Source: Entomortierella parvispora E1425 (Eukaryota > Fungi > Mortierellomycota). Taken from it: a stretch of 64,000 nt of DNA. Numbering within the stretch: position 1 is the stretch's first letter; every line of letters starts with the position of its first letter. The stretch spans positions 496,001 to 560,000 of the forward strand of contig BQFW01000012.1 of assembly GCA_020891255.1 (NCBI GenBank), in the 5' to 3' direction. Under the pieces are notes generated by a model. The model saw only the letters and a program-made list of their open reading frames with translations, was not told the origin of the DNA and ran no database searches. Made by a program: the position numbers and the translations under genes. This document shows, piece after piece, positions 12,701 through 23,208 of the stretch.

Positions 12701-14273
12701 GGGGCGAACGTGGGTGTCGAGGGCTATCATAAGGGTGATACGGGGCGGTTCGGCGAGGACTGCTGAGTGCTGAAGGTTGGAGCAGAGACGATTGGCTCCT
12801 GCCCATAATCACTCCCTGGAAAGTTTGCTCGTCATGACCGGAATTTTCAGAATGGGTGCGATAGGACGATCCCTGGCTATTCACAGCCTCTGTTTGCTGA
12901 TGCGGGGAAGAAGCCGCAGGACGACTTTGTGGCTGCCGAGCATGACTTGTAAGAGCAGGGGGTGGAGGAGCAGCAGATGTCTGAGCAGAGCGCTGGTAAT
13001 ATTGCTGAGGCTGTTGTTGTTGCTGCTGCAGTATGTGCTGCAGGTGTTGTTGCTGTTGTTGCTGTTGATGAATGGGCGGTTGCTGATGTTGAGGCAGATG
13101 CGACGAGGCCTGGTGCGGTGGTTGGGCGCGCTGGTGCTGCTGTAGGGGTGGTGGGGGCTGTGGGGGCTGTGGGGTTTGTGGGGGAGTGGGTCGTACTGAC
13201 TCCGAAGGTCCGCTGGGTCCCGCACTGGTTTCGGATGGTTTAGCAGAGGAAGAGGTGGATCCCGAGGCCATGGCCTACAATGACAAACACAATGACAAAC
13301 ACAAGGTCGCACAACGGCAAGGATAAAGAGGAATGGAGCGGGTCAATTCTGTGAGATCTGGAATAGAGCGGAGCGTAGATCCGGGGCCAATTCCCACCAT
13401 CGTTGTTCCATCGATCTTCTGGTACATTTTCCCTCGGTGGTTCGAATCAAAGTAGAAACTTACGTTATTGATCTCTTCGTAGGCCTTGGACCGCCGCAAC
13501 TTTAGTCCTGTCATCTCGGCCTCGCGGGCCATGGCGTCCAGCTCTGCGCGCACAATCTCTGCGCGAGGATCTTTGTCCTTGACCAGGCCACCCAACAGGC
13601 CTTCCATTCGATGTAGACGAGCCTCTATGGCTTCGATATAACCTGTCATCATTGGGACAAGTTTGCCTGAGAGTGTTAGCAAATGCAATGAGTGAGTCTG
13701 AGTACTGAAAAAAAATCGTTCTGCGAAACAAAATGATCGCCACCGCGGCAAAGTTACCTTTGGGTGGGCCGCGTTTCTTGGTCGGGTCATTGTATGTGCC
13801 TATAGGACGGTCAGAAAGTGATAGAGGGGGTTGGGAATAAGTCCGTGATGTCCCAAACACCAGCGAGTCTGGATATCTTTCAGTTCATTCCAATGCTGAC
13901 AACAGAGAAGGTCACTTGCATTCATAATTGAACGTTTCGCAGTTGGTACAGAGAGGATGGATGGCATCTACGCAACAAGAGCACAGTTGTCAATAATTAG
14001 CAAGACTAGATTTAAAAAAACCATCTGCATGCGATGAGGCCATTTGTTGGTAAAAACGGAGTTGAAGACTTACCGCATTTGACTTTTTTCCTCCGGCAAG
14101 AATCACAGGCCTAAGAGAATGAATAGAGATTAGAAAAAGGGGGCACGATCGGGTAATTGCGAGAGCGAGAAGAGATGTTTTTGCAGGTTCGCCTGGCTAA
14201 AGGCCGGCCTTCAAGCCGATTGCTTTCTGAAGAAACGAACCTTGGACACGCGGAGCCGTTTCGAGTCGGCCAT
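9756..14273 (-). CDS. Zn(II)2Cys6 (GAL4-type) transcription factor with fungal-specific TF domain, ~1256 aa, 7 exons
   Basis: Exons 14273-14241, 14110-14074, 13967-13920, 13799-13758, 13642-13464, 13274-11767, 11679-9756 (3771 nt). The spliced N-terminus reads KRLRVSKACDSCRRKKVKCDAIHPLCTNCETFNYECTYNDPTKKRGPPKGYIEAIEARL. Fungal_trans motifs HPVLPMLH, AIRMAQDLGLN and KRTWWSIYVIER. Intron 3 is GC-AG. Confidence 0.9.
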
Positions 14274-14893
14274 TCGTGAGTGTGTACAAGTGCTCTGTGT
14301 GCTGGATTGGGGAGGGTGCCGTTGTTGAGAGGATTAGAACGGATGAGGAAATGAAGAAAATGAAAGGAAGGATGTCAAGAGCTGCGTGTGAAAGGGTGCA
14401 TGTGCAGAGGAAAAGGACGATGGCGGAGGTAGGAAATGGAAGGGCGAGGGAGGAGGTGGAAAAGAAGGGAAGAGAAAAGTGGGGTAAAGAGAGAAAAGAA
14501 AAAGAAACAAAGTCAGTCGAAACACGGTCCTCACTCTCTCTCTCTCTCTCTCTCTTGAGATATGTAGACAGACAGACGGACGGTGCAGACATCTCTTCTG
14601 CGTCTCTGTGGCAGTTCTTCCCTCCTTCCTTCCCTCTTGTTCTTGTTTGGCAGGGCCAACAACAACAACAACTGCGAGCACGCAAGGCAAAAGGCCATGA
14701 TCCTCTTGTCCTACCTAAACACTGGGAAAACAGTTGCCAGTGAAGGTTTTTTTTTTTTTGCACCGACGGGGTCATCATTTATCCCTGTCAAGAATCATGG
14801 AAAGAGATCTGCCGAGTGTCTTCGCAGCATCTCACTCCCGTCGACAGCGTTGACAGTCTGCACACCCAAGTGCTGAACAGTACAAGGTGCTCG

Positions 14894-14896
<3 letters not shown>

Positions 14897-14932
<36 letters not shown>
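14897..14932. repeat. (TC)n dinucleotide microsatellite in the divergent TF/SNC1 intergenic region
   Basis: Pure TC run; a second shorter run lies at ~14534-14554. Confidence 0.9.
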
Positions 14933-14934
<2 letters not shown>

Positions 14935-15283
14935 CAAGAATCAAATATGCCATATTTCTTGTTGGCATGTGCAAAGACAGTGGGCTGTGCCTACGACGCA
15001 TACTCAGCCACCAGCACCACTCACAGGCATCATTCACGATGGGCGCCGATAAGGAGAACCTCTTTGTCGTCATTCATGAATCCAAAAATACTTGTCACGT
15101 GCCGAGACAACTTTTTTTTGAGACCTTTTGGCGTTGGGCAGTGGGCACCTGTTCCCTCCCACTCTTCTTCTCTGCTGCTTCCTCCAGCCTCACTCATTCA
15201 TCCCTCTTTCATCCCTCTTTCATCCCTTTTCACAAACCAAACACACGCACCACTAACTGTCCCTCACTACAAAGAAACTCACA

Positions 15284-16373
15284 ATGTATGAGCAGTACAA
15301 AAAACTGGACCCTTTCGAAGCCATGTCCTGCCGGTCTCCCTCTTTCTCCCGCTGTGTCTTTTCCAGAAAACTAACTTGCTCTTCTTCCTCTAGGTCGTCG
15401 TCTCCTTCCACCACTCCTTACGACCCCCATTCGGGCCCTGCTTCTTCTTCCAAGACTGCCCAGTTGCAGCAGCAAGTTGACGATGTCGTTGGCATCATGC
15501 AGCAAAACGTACGTCGAGAATTGTCCTTCCATGCTCTCGTTTTCGCATGGAAGGCAGCGAGCTCATTTTCATTCTTGGTCTGAGCGTTCATGGAAACGAG
15601 AAAACTCAACGTGTTCTCTTTTTCTGTTGTCCATTAGATTGATTCCGTCCGTGACCGTGGCGAGAAGCTCGACAGTCTTCAGAACAAGACGAGTAAGTTG
15701 TAGTTACTTTTCGTTTTGTGCCTCCCTCTCTCATCCGTCGTCACTCCAGTACTTTTTGTTACTTTGGACTCGGCCCCCTTGCCACAAGTGACACAGCGAA
15801 CGCAACAGTGAGGCAAAAATACAGGAAATGGGGCGAGATAAGACCCGGTCCAAACCACAGCCCATGCCAAGGCGGGGGCAAAATCAATTTTGGACCCAAG
15901 GACTCTCTGGCCCATCAACAACAAACAATAGTGACGCAGGAAGGTGATGGCGGTAACTTTTGAACCGGGAAGAGAGAGACCCCCGTTTGTGGAGTGCGGA
16001 CTATTCGACAAAGGGCTCAAAAACAGTTGAGAATCATCGATAGAAACACAAACGGGACTTGTCGTAGCAGCTCTAACCTCTTTCTCTTTTTGTCTCTCTC
16101 TTTCACTCACCTCGTAGCTGATCTCGAGATGGGCGCTGTTCAGTTCCGCAAGGGAGCATCGGGTGTCCGTCGTCAAATGTGGTTGAAGAACATGAAGTGG
16201 CGCATCATTATCGTCGTTGGAGTAATTCTCCTCTTGGTGGTTATTATCGGTAAGGAAATCTGGACAGGACTGTAACGCTCTTTGAACGACATGTTGGACA
16301 AAGATGATCCCACTCACCTTTTTCTTTTTCTTCACGTCATCTTTTAGTGCCAATTGTCAAGAGCAACAAGTAA
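15284..16373 (+). CDS. SNC1: Synaptobrevin/VAMP R-SNARE, 109 aa, 5 exons
   Basis: Exons 15284-15285 (AT), 15394-15508, 15638-15692, 16118-16249, 16348-16373 (330 nt). SNARE motif [32 protein letters not shown], then MWLKNMKWR, a TM helix and VPIVKSNK*. Confidence 0.92.
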
Positions 16374-16580
16374 TCTTTTGACTTCCTCCCCCCTCTTCCT
16401 GCCAAATTTGTATAAATAGTCGTTTGTCCATATTCATAAACCCGGTATCTTTGATTCTTATCCAACACTCGCGATTGTGAGAGAGACGCGTTGAAAAGTT
16501 GGTGATATTGGTCATAAGATATTATTAATACATGGTTCATGTCTATGAGGTAGAAGGGGCTGTGTGTTCTTTCAACGTAT

Positions 16581-17617
16581 TTAAAGGGCGAGGAGGGCCA
16601 AAGCACCGGCAGCAGCGGCACCAACGAGACCCAAGGACTGAGCCTGAGAGCTGGCTCCGCTGGAGGGCTTGACATCAGCGGCAGTGGTGGTGGTGGCAGC
16701 AACAGAGGTGGAGGTAGGAACGGTGGCAGTGGTTGGGGAAGGGACGACAGTGGTGGCGGCAGCAGAGGCGGAAGCAGTGGCGGAGCCAGACGGCACGGGC
16801 ACTGTGGGCTTGGGGGAGGCGACAACTGAGGAGGTAGCAGCGGCAGAGGACTATTGGATTGAATTCGGGAGGAGAAAAGAGAGACGTTGTGAGAAACGTG
16901 CAAAACCACCAAAATAGATCTTCAATCCCTCGTCTTTCTCCTTTTTTTTTTTTTTTTTTTTAATATTGTTACTTACAGAAACAACGGGCTTGGTAACTGG
17001 GTCAGTCGATCCGCCAGAGTAATCACCGGGGATGACATAGGCGCAACCGTAGGTGGACTTGCCAGTGTTGCAGTCCTTCTTCTCCTTGCAGCAGCGAATG
17101 CAGTAGGTGTTGGAGTGGGGCTCGATCAAGTTGACATAGTGGTTGTAGTTGGCGCAAGCAGAGCCTTTTTTGACCAAAAGAAAGGAGGCAATTAGTCAAC
17201 AAACAAAGAGCTGGAGTATGAACATAATCGTAGTGCGGAACGCGAGAGCTACAACTTACCGACGGGAGCACGGATGTCGTATTGGCCACCCTGATCGCTA
17301 TCGGCAAGAGAGTACTTGGTGCGGTCAATCTTGCCGGTGATCTGAACGTAGCCGTTACCGGCGGCAAAGTTGGCCGACTGGATAAAGCCAGCAGGGAAGA
17401 TCTTGGCGCCAGGGGCGTCAGGGTGAGGGTTGGTGCAGAAAGCAATGGCTCTGTCCTCGTTCTGGGCGATATCACCGCCAGGGGAAGGAGGCATCATCAT
17501 GCACCAGTTGGAAGCAGAGGTAATCTGGGCAATCTGGCCATTCTTGGGGGCAGCAGAGACAACAGTGGCGCTGAGGAGAACCAAGGCAGAGGCAGTAGAG
17601 GCGAGGTTGAAGATCAT
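16581..17617 (-). CDS. Secreted Cys-rich protein with Ser/Thr stalk and probable GPI-anchor signal, 271 aa, 3 exons
   Basis: Exons 17617-17260, 17164-16977, 16850-16581 (816 nt). Signal peptide, then an 8-Cys domain (WCMMMPP...AFCT...GGQYD...CIRCC...GKSTYGC), an S/T/A/V stalk and the hydrophobic C-terminus LGLVGAAAAGALALLAL. Confidence 0.85.
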
Positions 17618-19247
17618 GATGAGCGTAACGGGTGAAGAGAGTGAGAAAAAAGAATGCGTAACGAGTAGAAGAAGAACAGAAAGAAAAGAAAAAAGAGGCA
17701 GAAGGGGAGACTTTAAATGGGAGACCAATTGGCGACCTCAGTGGGGTCATTTTACGCCAACAGCTCGCCAGGCAGGGGCCTTCTGGGCTGGCGCTTTACC
17801 GAGAACAGGCGTCCGAAACTGACGGAGTTGAGAAGTGGACGACGGTTTTGGCTGGATATGGGTGCAAGCTCATGCCAGCGGAGGGTGTGGGTGATGACCC
17901 TGAGTTCTCGTTGTTCCATTCGGTGGAAAGAGTCGTTGTAACTTTCGTGTCAAAGCAAAAATAGGAACAACATGAGACCGCGGAGAGTTCACGCCCACGG
18001 CCATGACGATGGAGTATCGCTCAAAATGTTGACCCACACAGGTCCAGAACAACAGTTCTGCTGGACTTTGCTGGTCAAGGATCGAAAATAGCCTTTGGAA
18101 GCCTTCTCAGTTTCTATCCGGTTTCTGGGTTGTAAACCTTGCTTTTATTGTCTCTGCTGCTGTACTTGGCTGCTGTACCCGTGCCTTTCAGTCTGTCACG
18201 CGTGTCATAGCCTCGGATAGAAAAAGCTATGACCATGAATGGTGCAGATAGATATGAACGAGGACAGAGGATGGAGAGCCTGTCTCATTTTGGGTCAAGC
18301 TGAAGCTTGAGCTTTCCGTCTCGGAGTAAGAAAACAAAAAGAAGGGAAGCCCTGGGTGGACAGCAAAAGCTTTGTGTCTGTGACCGACCATCTGTCGTAC
18401 CGCTGTGTGCTCTAGAACTGTTGGAAGCTGCGCTCACTGCCCTCGAACTTCCTAGGGATCTATGCATGCTTTGGAAATACAAAGACGCGTCGTCGATGAG
18501 CAAGAGCCAAGATGGAAGCAGAGTTTCAATGCGCAAGAGCACAGTCCCACGCTGTGCTGCATGCTGCAAACATGTCGAGGGCTGCATGATCTGGTTGCCC
18601 GTGTCCGCAAGCCAATCTGCACTGTTTTACACCTGTCTGTTTGTCCATATCTTTGTCCACCTGTCCCTCTGGTCTGACATGGCCCAAACAGAAAGAAGAG
18701 GCAGGGCGCACACTCGCACCACCCATCCCCATCCCCACGCCCACAGCTCACGTTTCTGCACTGCCACTGCAGACACAGGCATGCCAGGTCCAACGCTCAC
18801 GCTGACCACGGAAGAAAGGAAGGTTCCCGCGGAGAGTGCAATGGAGCAGTGCAGACAGACGCGTTCATTCAGGGACGGAACACCTTTTAGATTGCAATGT
18901 TGAATGTCGATGGGGCAGGAGGAGGAGCAGAGAGGTGATGAGAGCTGAGCGTGAGCCATAGGCCTCTTCTTCTTTATATGTCTGTCTGAGCAAACGGCGC
19001 ATAAAGAGCACCCATCCTCTTCCATCTCATAAGAAGAGAGCGGCTGGGGGCTGTTTGGTCCTCAGCCTGCCTGGCAAGGGAAGGAAAGAGGAAAGAGGAA
19101 AGAGAGCATTGCAAATTTTTTTTTATCTTCTTACTTTTTGTTTTTTCCTCATCATCATCATTCTTCCTTTTGCTTTCTCTCTCTTCCTCTCCATTCCTCT
19201 TCACTCGCGCTCAACCACAGTACATCCTCAACCTCGACCCAAGAACA

Positions 19248-21088
19248 ATGAGTACACCCCACAAGCTCGGTGTGCTAGTCGCCATCCCCATCAAGGGCCG
19301 CAAGCTCGTCAACAGGATCGGTGGCAAACAGTCGCCCTATGTCCAGCTCAAGCTCGGAGACCAGAAGAAGCGCACAAAGGCCTCGCTCATTGCCTCGGTC
19401 GAGCCAGAATGGGACCAGGAGGCAAGCAACCAACGGATCATCCCGGCCATCATCGCAAAGGACTCAATTTAATGGAGAACACCTCCACCTAACCTACGTT
19501 TTTTTTTACCATTTTAATGTTCCTGGTCGCCTTGGGTTCATCCAGGTCCGCCTCGACGTGTTTCAGGGCCAGCTCGACATGCAGGTCCTCGTGTACAATG
19601 AGGGCAAGCAGAACGAACTCATTGGCGATGGTGTCTTGCTCCTCAACGAAGTCATTGACAAGGGCGAGCTCGATGGTATGGATAATTGATCAACAACCGA
19701 TGCCGATTCCAGGGGTTATGACTAACCAACTTTGCCACGCCCATGTTTCTCGAACACACTAGTCTGGTTTCCCATCAAGTTCAAAGGCACTGCATCGGGC
19801 GACATCTATTTTGAGCTGACCTTTTATGCGGCGGTAACGAGACAATCCATTTGGCCATGCACCCACCCCCTCTGTTATATCCGCTTGACTGTCTGTGGAT
19901 GCATTGAACTAATTTGATGATCCAATCTTCCAACAATAGGCGCCTCCTCCAGTGGCCGGCGGAACGCCACCTCTTCCTCAGGTGCAGATGCAGACTCCTC
20001 TCAGATACAACCAGCCAGGATTCCAGGGTGGAGTACCAGGGATGCCTCAGTCCCCACCATACAACAACTATGGCAGCCCCGGAATGATGAACATGGGCGG
20101 TCCACCAGCCCCAACTACTGCCAACACTTATCAGGCTCCCGTCGGTGCCTACAACCCTCGGCCGTTCCCACCTCAACAACCAATGGCGCCTTTGCCCCAA
20201 CAGCAGCCAGTTCCCAATGCACCCTATGGTAGCCCACACATGTCGGGACTTGGCTTCAACCCCTCTTTTGGAAACGGACAAACACCATTCCGTCCAAACA
20301 CTAGCCCATATCCCAACAACCCCCCTATTCCATTCTCAGGACCAAGCACCTCTGGAACACCTGGCGGATTTGGCAGCCCCGGATCTGTGAATGGCGGACC
20401 GCCCCCAGGAGGATACCCCAACCAGATGCCTCAGATGCCTCAGATGCCTCAGATGCCATCATTCCCTGGCAACAATGGACCCAACAACAACAACTACCCG
20501 CCCAATAATAACAACAACGGTTACCCTGCCAACAACAATAACAACTTCCCACCTGGTGGCAATAATAACTTTGGCGGACCCAACAACAACATGGGTAACA
20601 ACAACATGAACAACATGAACAACAATAACAACATGAACAACATGGGTGGTCCAGGGCGGTTCCCCCAGCCTCAACACTCTTCACCTGGGCCTATGCATAA
20701 TGCCGCACCGAACTTTTCACAAGGACCTCCCAACAGCTATCCCAACAACAACATGAACGGCAACAATTTTGGTGGACCAAACAACAACAGCAACAACAAC
20801 ATGAACAACAACCAGAACAACAACTTCCCCAACAGCGCTCCCAACAGCTATGGCAACAACAACAACAACAACTTCAATAATAATAACAATAACAACTTCA
20901 ATAACAACCAGGGCGGACCTCCCAATGGAAACAACTTCCAACAGAACAATGGCTTCCCAAACAACAATAACAACAATAACAACAACAACTTCCAAAACAA
21001 CAACTTTGGAGGTTCACCAGCGCCAGCTGCAGCGCCTGTGACACCTCTGAGGCAAGTCAACTACTCGCTTGGAGGGAGCTTCCCTTAA
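19248..21088 (+). CDS. C2-domain protein (Inn1/Fic1-like architecture) with Pro/Gly/Asn-rich low-complexity tail, 507 aa, 4 exons
   Basis: Exons 19248-19421, 19546-19675, 19763-19833, 19940-21088 (1524 nt). C2 strands KQSPYVQLKLG, EPEWDQEVRL, LIGDG and VWFPIKFKGTASGDIYFELTFY. Intron 1 is GC-AG. Confidence 0.85.
20406..21010 (+). repeat. Coding low-complexity region: (CAGATGCCT)n QMP repeats and degenerate (AAC/AAT)n Asn tracts
   Basis: Visible tandem codon repeats within the last exon of the C2 gene. Confidence 0.85.
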
Positions 21089-21409
21089 ACGAGAAGTAAA
21101 ACTCGGAAGGATCGTGCCTGCGCAAACTTACATTTTATACATAAAGATGCAAATTCAACCATGTGTCGATAGGAGAATCTTGCAATATCAATGACTGCAG
21201 TATTGCAGTGTTCTTCAGTATTATTATTTTTTTTGCCCTCTGTGCGAGAAGAATTGCTGGGAAAGAGTGGAAACATTGGATTCTTCTTAACTCATGGCAA
21301 TGCTCACAACCTGTGAGAATTGCGGCTGCATCGATTGTAACAGGACGGTACGATTTTTTTTTTTTTCTTTTCCACGCTCATCATCATCTTTTCGATCCTT
21401 CATTCATCT

Positions 21410-22876
21410 ATGGACTACCCCGAGATTCGTCATCGCGTCGGTCTTTTCCTTGCGAAGCATGACCTGGTGGCATGTAGTCGCGTATCCAAGGAGTGGTTCG
21501 AGACTTTCACACCGCTGCTCTTTGAATCTCTCGACATTCAGGCTTATGGTCCACGATGGAGCGCCAAGGCGCCCACCATGACAGCTCTCCGGAAGCATGG
21601 CCACCGTATTCGACTTCTTGCTCTTAGAGAAAACGATTCGTACAGTATCGCAGAACAGGACCTTCAGCCGACCGAGGACGACAGCAGCGGCCAAGAGTAC
21701 ATCCCAAAGGGGCTCAAGTGGATCCAAGATTTCTTGAGGGATCACCCCAGGATCTTGCGACTCGAACTCCAAGACTTCGTATACCAAACTTCGTTGGTTC
21801 CGGCGTTGACAATGCACTGCCTGGAGCTGAAGGAGCTGTCGTTGCTCAACATGACTACTGACATTGCCGATATCGCCTACATTCTGAAAGAGTCCAAGCA
21901 CCTGGAGGCTCTCACGATCGCCGACGGCATGCTAACAAGAGCCCACGATGGTTGGCCCGACAACATGCCTGAGCTCTTTCCGAATATTAAGGCCTTGGAT
22001 TTTCGAAGAATCATTGGTCCTAGTCTGGGCTTTCTGTTGGAATGGGTGGCGCGTTGTCCAGGGCTGGAAGAACTCCGGATCGAGCCAGGATCCATCCATA
22101 AAGAGTACACGGATACCGACTATACTCTTCTCGAACAATGTCCCAAGCTTGCTCGATTAGAGATCCGGAAAATGCGACTGGTGGATGGTGAACTGGCCAC
22201 CATTTTGGACAGCTGTTCCTATTTGACGCACTTTACACTTCGAGGGGAGCGACTCAATGAAAAAGCGTACAAGGCCCTACGTCGTCACTTCCTCACTCTC
22301 CGGGTGCTGAACTTTTTTGGCACCGTGGAGATGAGAAGTTGGATGTGCGGACACATCGTCTACATGTGTCCCAATCTAGTCGAATTGACCACGTCGGATC
22401 TGAAGCTTGACGAGTTTTTGACGCTGACTCCTCCCAAGATCTCTCGTGTTCGAGATACTCCAAGCAGGATGCCAGCCAAGAAGAGACTCACGATGGCCGA
22501 ATCTGCATTGGCTGAAGTGAGGGGTCACCCTTGGGGATGCAAGGGTCTGAGGAAGCTAAAGTTCAAGTCTCTTGAGTGGTCTGATGACGAGGAGGTCGAC
22601 ATCAAGTTTTTGACCAAGTATGTGCCAGTGTTCAAGCAACTGGAGGAGTTTGTGATTGGGGGTTTTGACGACCAATATGGTGAACCGGGAGATATGGAAA
22701 TGCTGGAGTTCCGCCAAAGCTATGTCTCTCAAAAAAAACCTTTGGACCCGGGGCCTTTGCAGAAGGGTGTCTTTGATAGGGATAGGTTGACAAGACTCGA
22801 CAATATGCGATGGATGACCAAAAAGTGGCCCAAACTGAAGCTTTTCAAACTGGTGGACAGACAGTTCTACATTTGA
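21410..22876 (+). CDS. F-box-like/LRR (RNI-like) protein, copy 1, 488 aa, intronless
   Basis: N-terminal F-box-like motif PEIRHRVGLFLAKHDLVACSRVSKEWFETFTPLLF, LxxLxL repeats (CPGLEEL, CPKLARL, CPNLVEL), PWGCKGLRKL and C-terminal WMTKKWPKLK. Confidence 0.85.
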   Translation: MDYPEIRHRVGLFLAKHDLVACSRVSKEWFETFTPLLFESLDIQAYGPRWSAKAPTMTALRKHGHRIRLLALRENDSYSIAEQDLQPTEDDSSGQEYIPKGLKWIQDFLRDHPRILRLELQDFVYQTSLVPALTMHCLELKELSLLNMTTDIADIAYILKESKHLEALTIADGMLTRAHDGWPDNMPELFPNIKALDFRRIIGPSLGFLLEWVARCPGLEELRIEPGSIHKEYTDTDYTLLEQCPKLARLEIRKMRLVDGELATILDSCSYLTHFTLRGERLNEKAYKALRRHFLTLRVLNFFGTVEMRSWMCGHIVYMCPNLVELTTSDLKLDEFLTLTPPKISRVRDTPSRMPAKKRLTMAESALAEVRGHPWGCKGLRKLKFKSLEWSDDEEVDIKFLTKYVPVFKQLEEFVIGGFDDQYGEPGDMEMLEFRQSYVSQKKPLDPGPLQKGVFDRDRLTRLDNMRWMTKKWPKLKLFKLVDRQFYI

Positions 22877-23208
22877 AAAATAATAAAACACAACGCAGCT
22901 GAATGTTTGCCTCCATTGCACCCTGTCAAGCATGCCGCCTGCGACTCCGTGGCCCATTATTGTGCCTTGTCTTCCTTCGTCTCTCTGCCGTGCTTTCTTC
23001 GAGTCCCCACTTTCCCCTTTTGCACCTCTCCAGATAATTCAAGGCCTGAGAGAATTGTGGCGGTAGAGTACGTTTCGGGCGATGACCAATGACGATGCAC
23101 TGCTGCGACTGCTGCTGCTCAGAACTCTAGTTTTTGTTATTATTTTCTATTTTCTACGTGTTCTTTCTTTACACCGCTCCTCCATCTCTTCAGTCCTCTA
23201 TTTCAACT

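Noticed and set aside
18307-18903. 198-aa ORF in the 1.6-kb divergent intergenic region
   Set aside because: It uses a non-ATG start, has no motifs and no supporting splice structure, and overlapping ORFs in several frames look equally random.
20460-21010. Regularly repeated AAC-rich units that might suggest a CRISPR or minisatellite array
   Set aside because: There are no identical repeats with unique spacers; this is coding Asn-rich low complexity.
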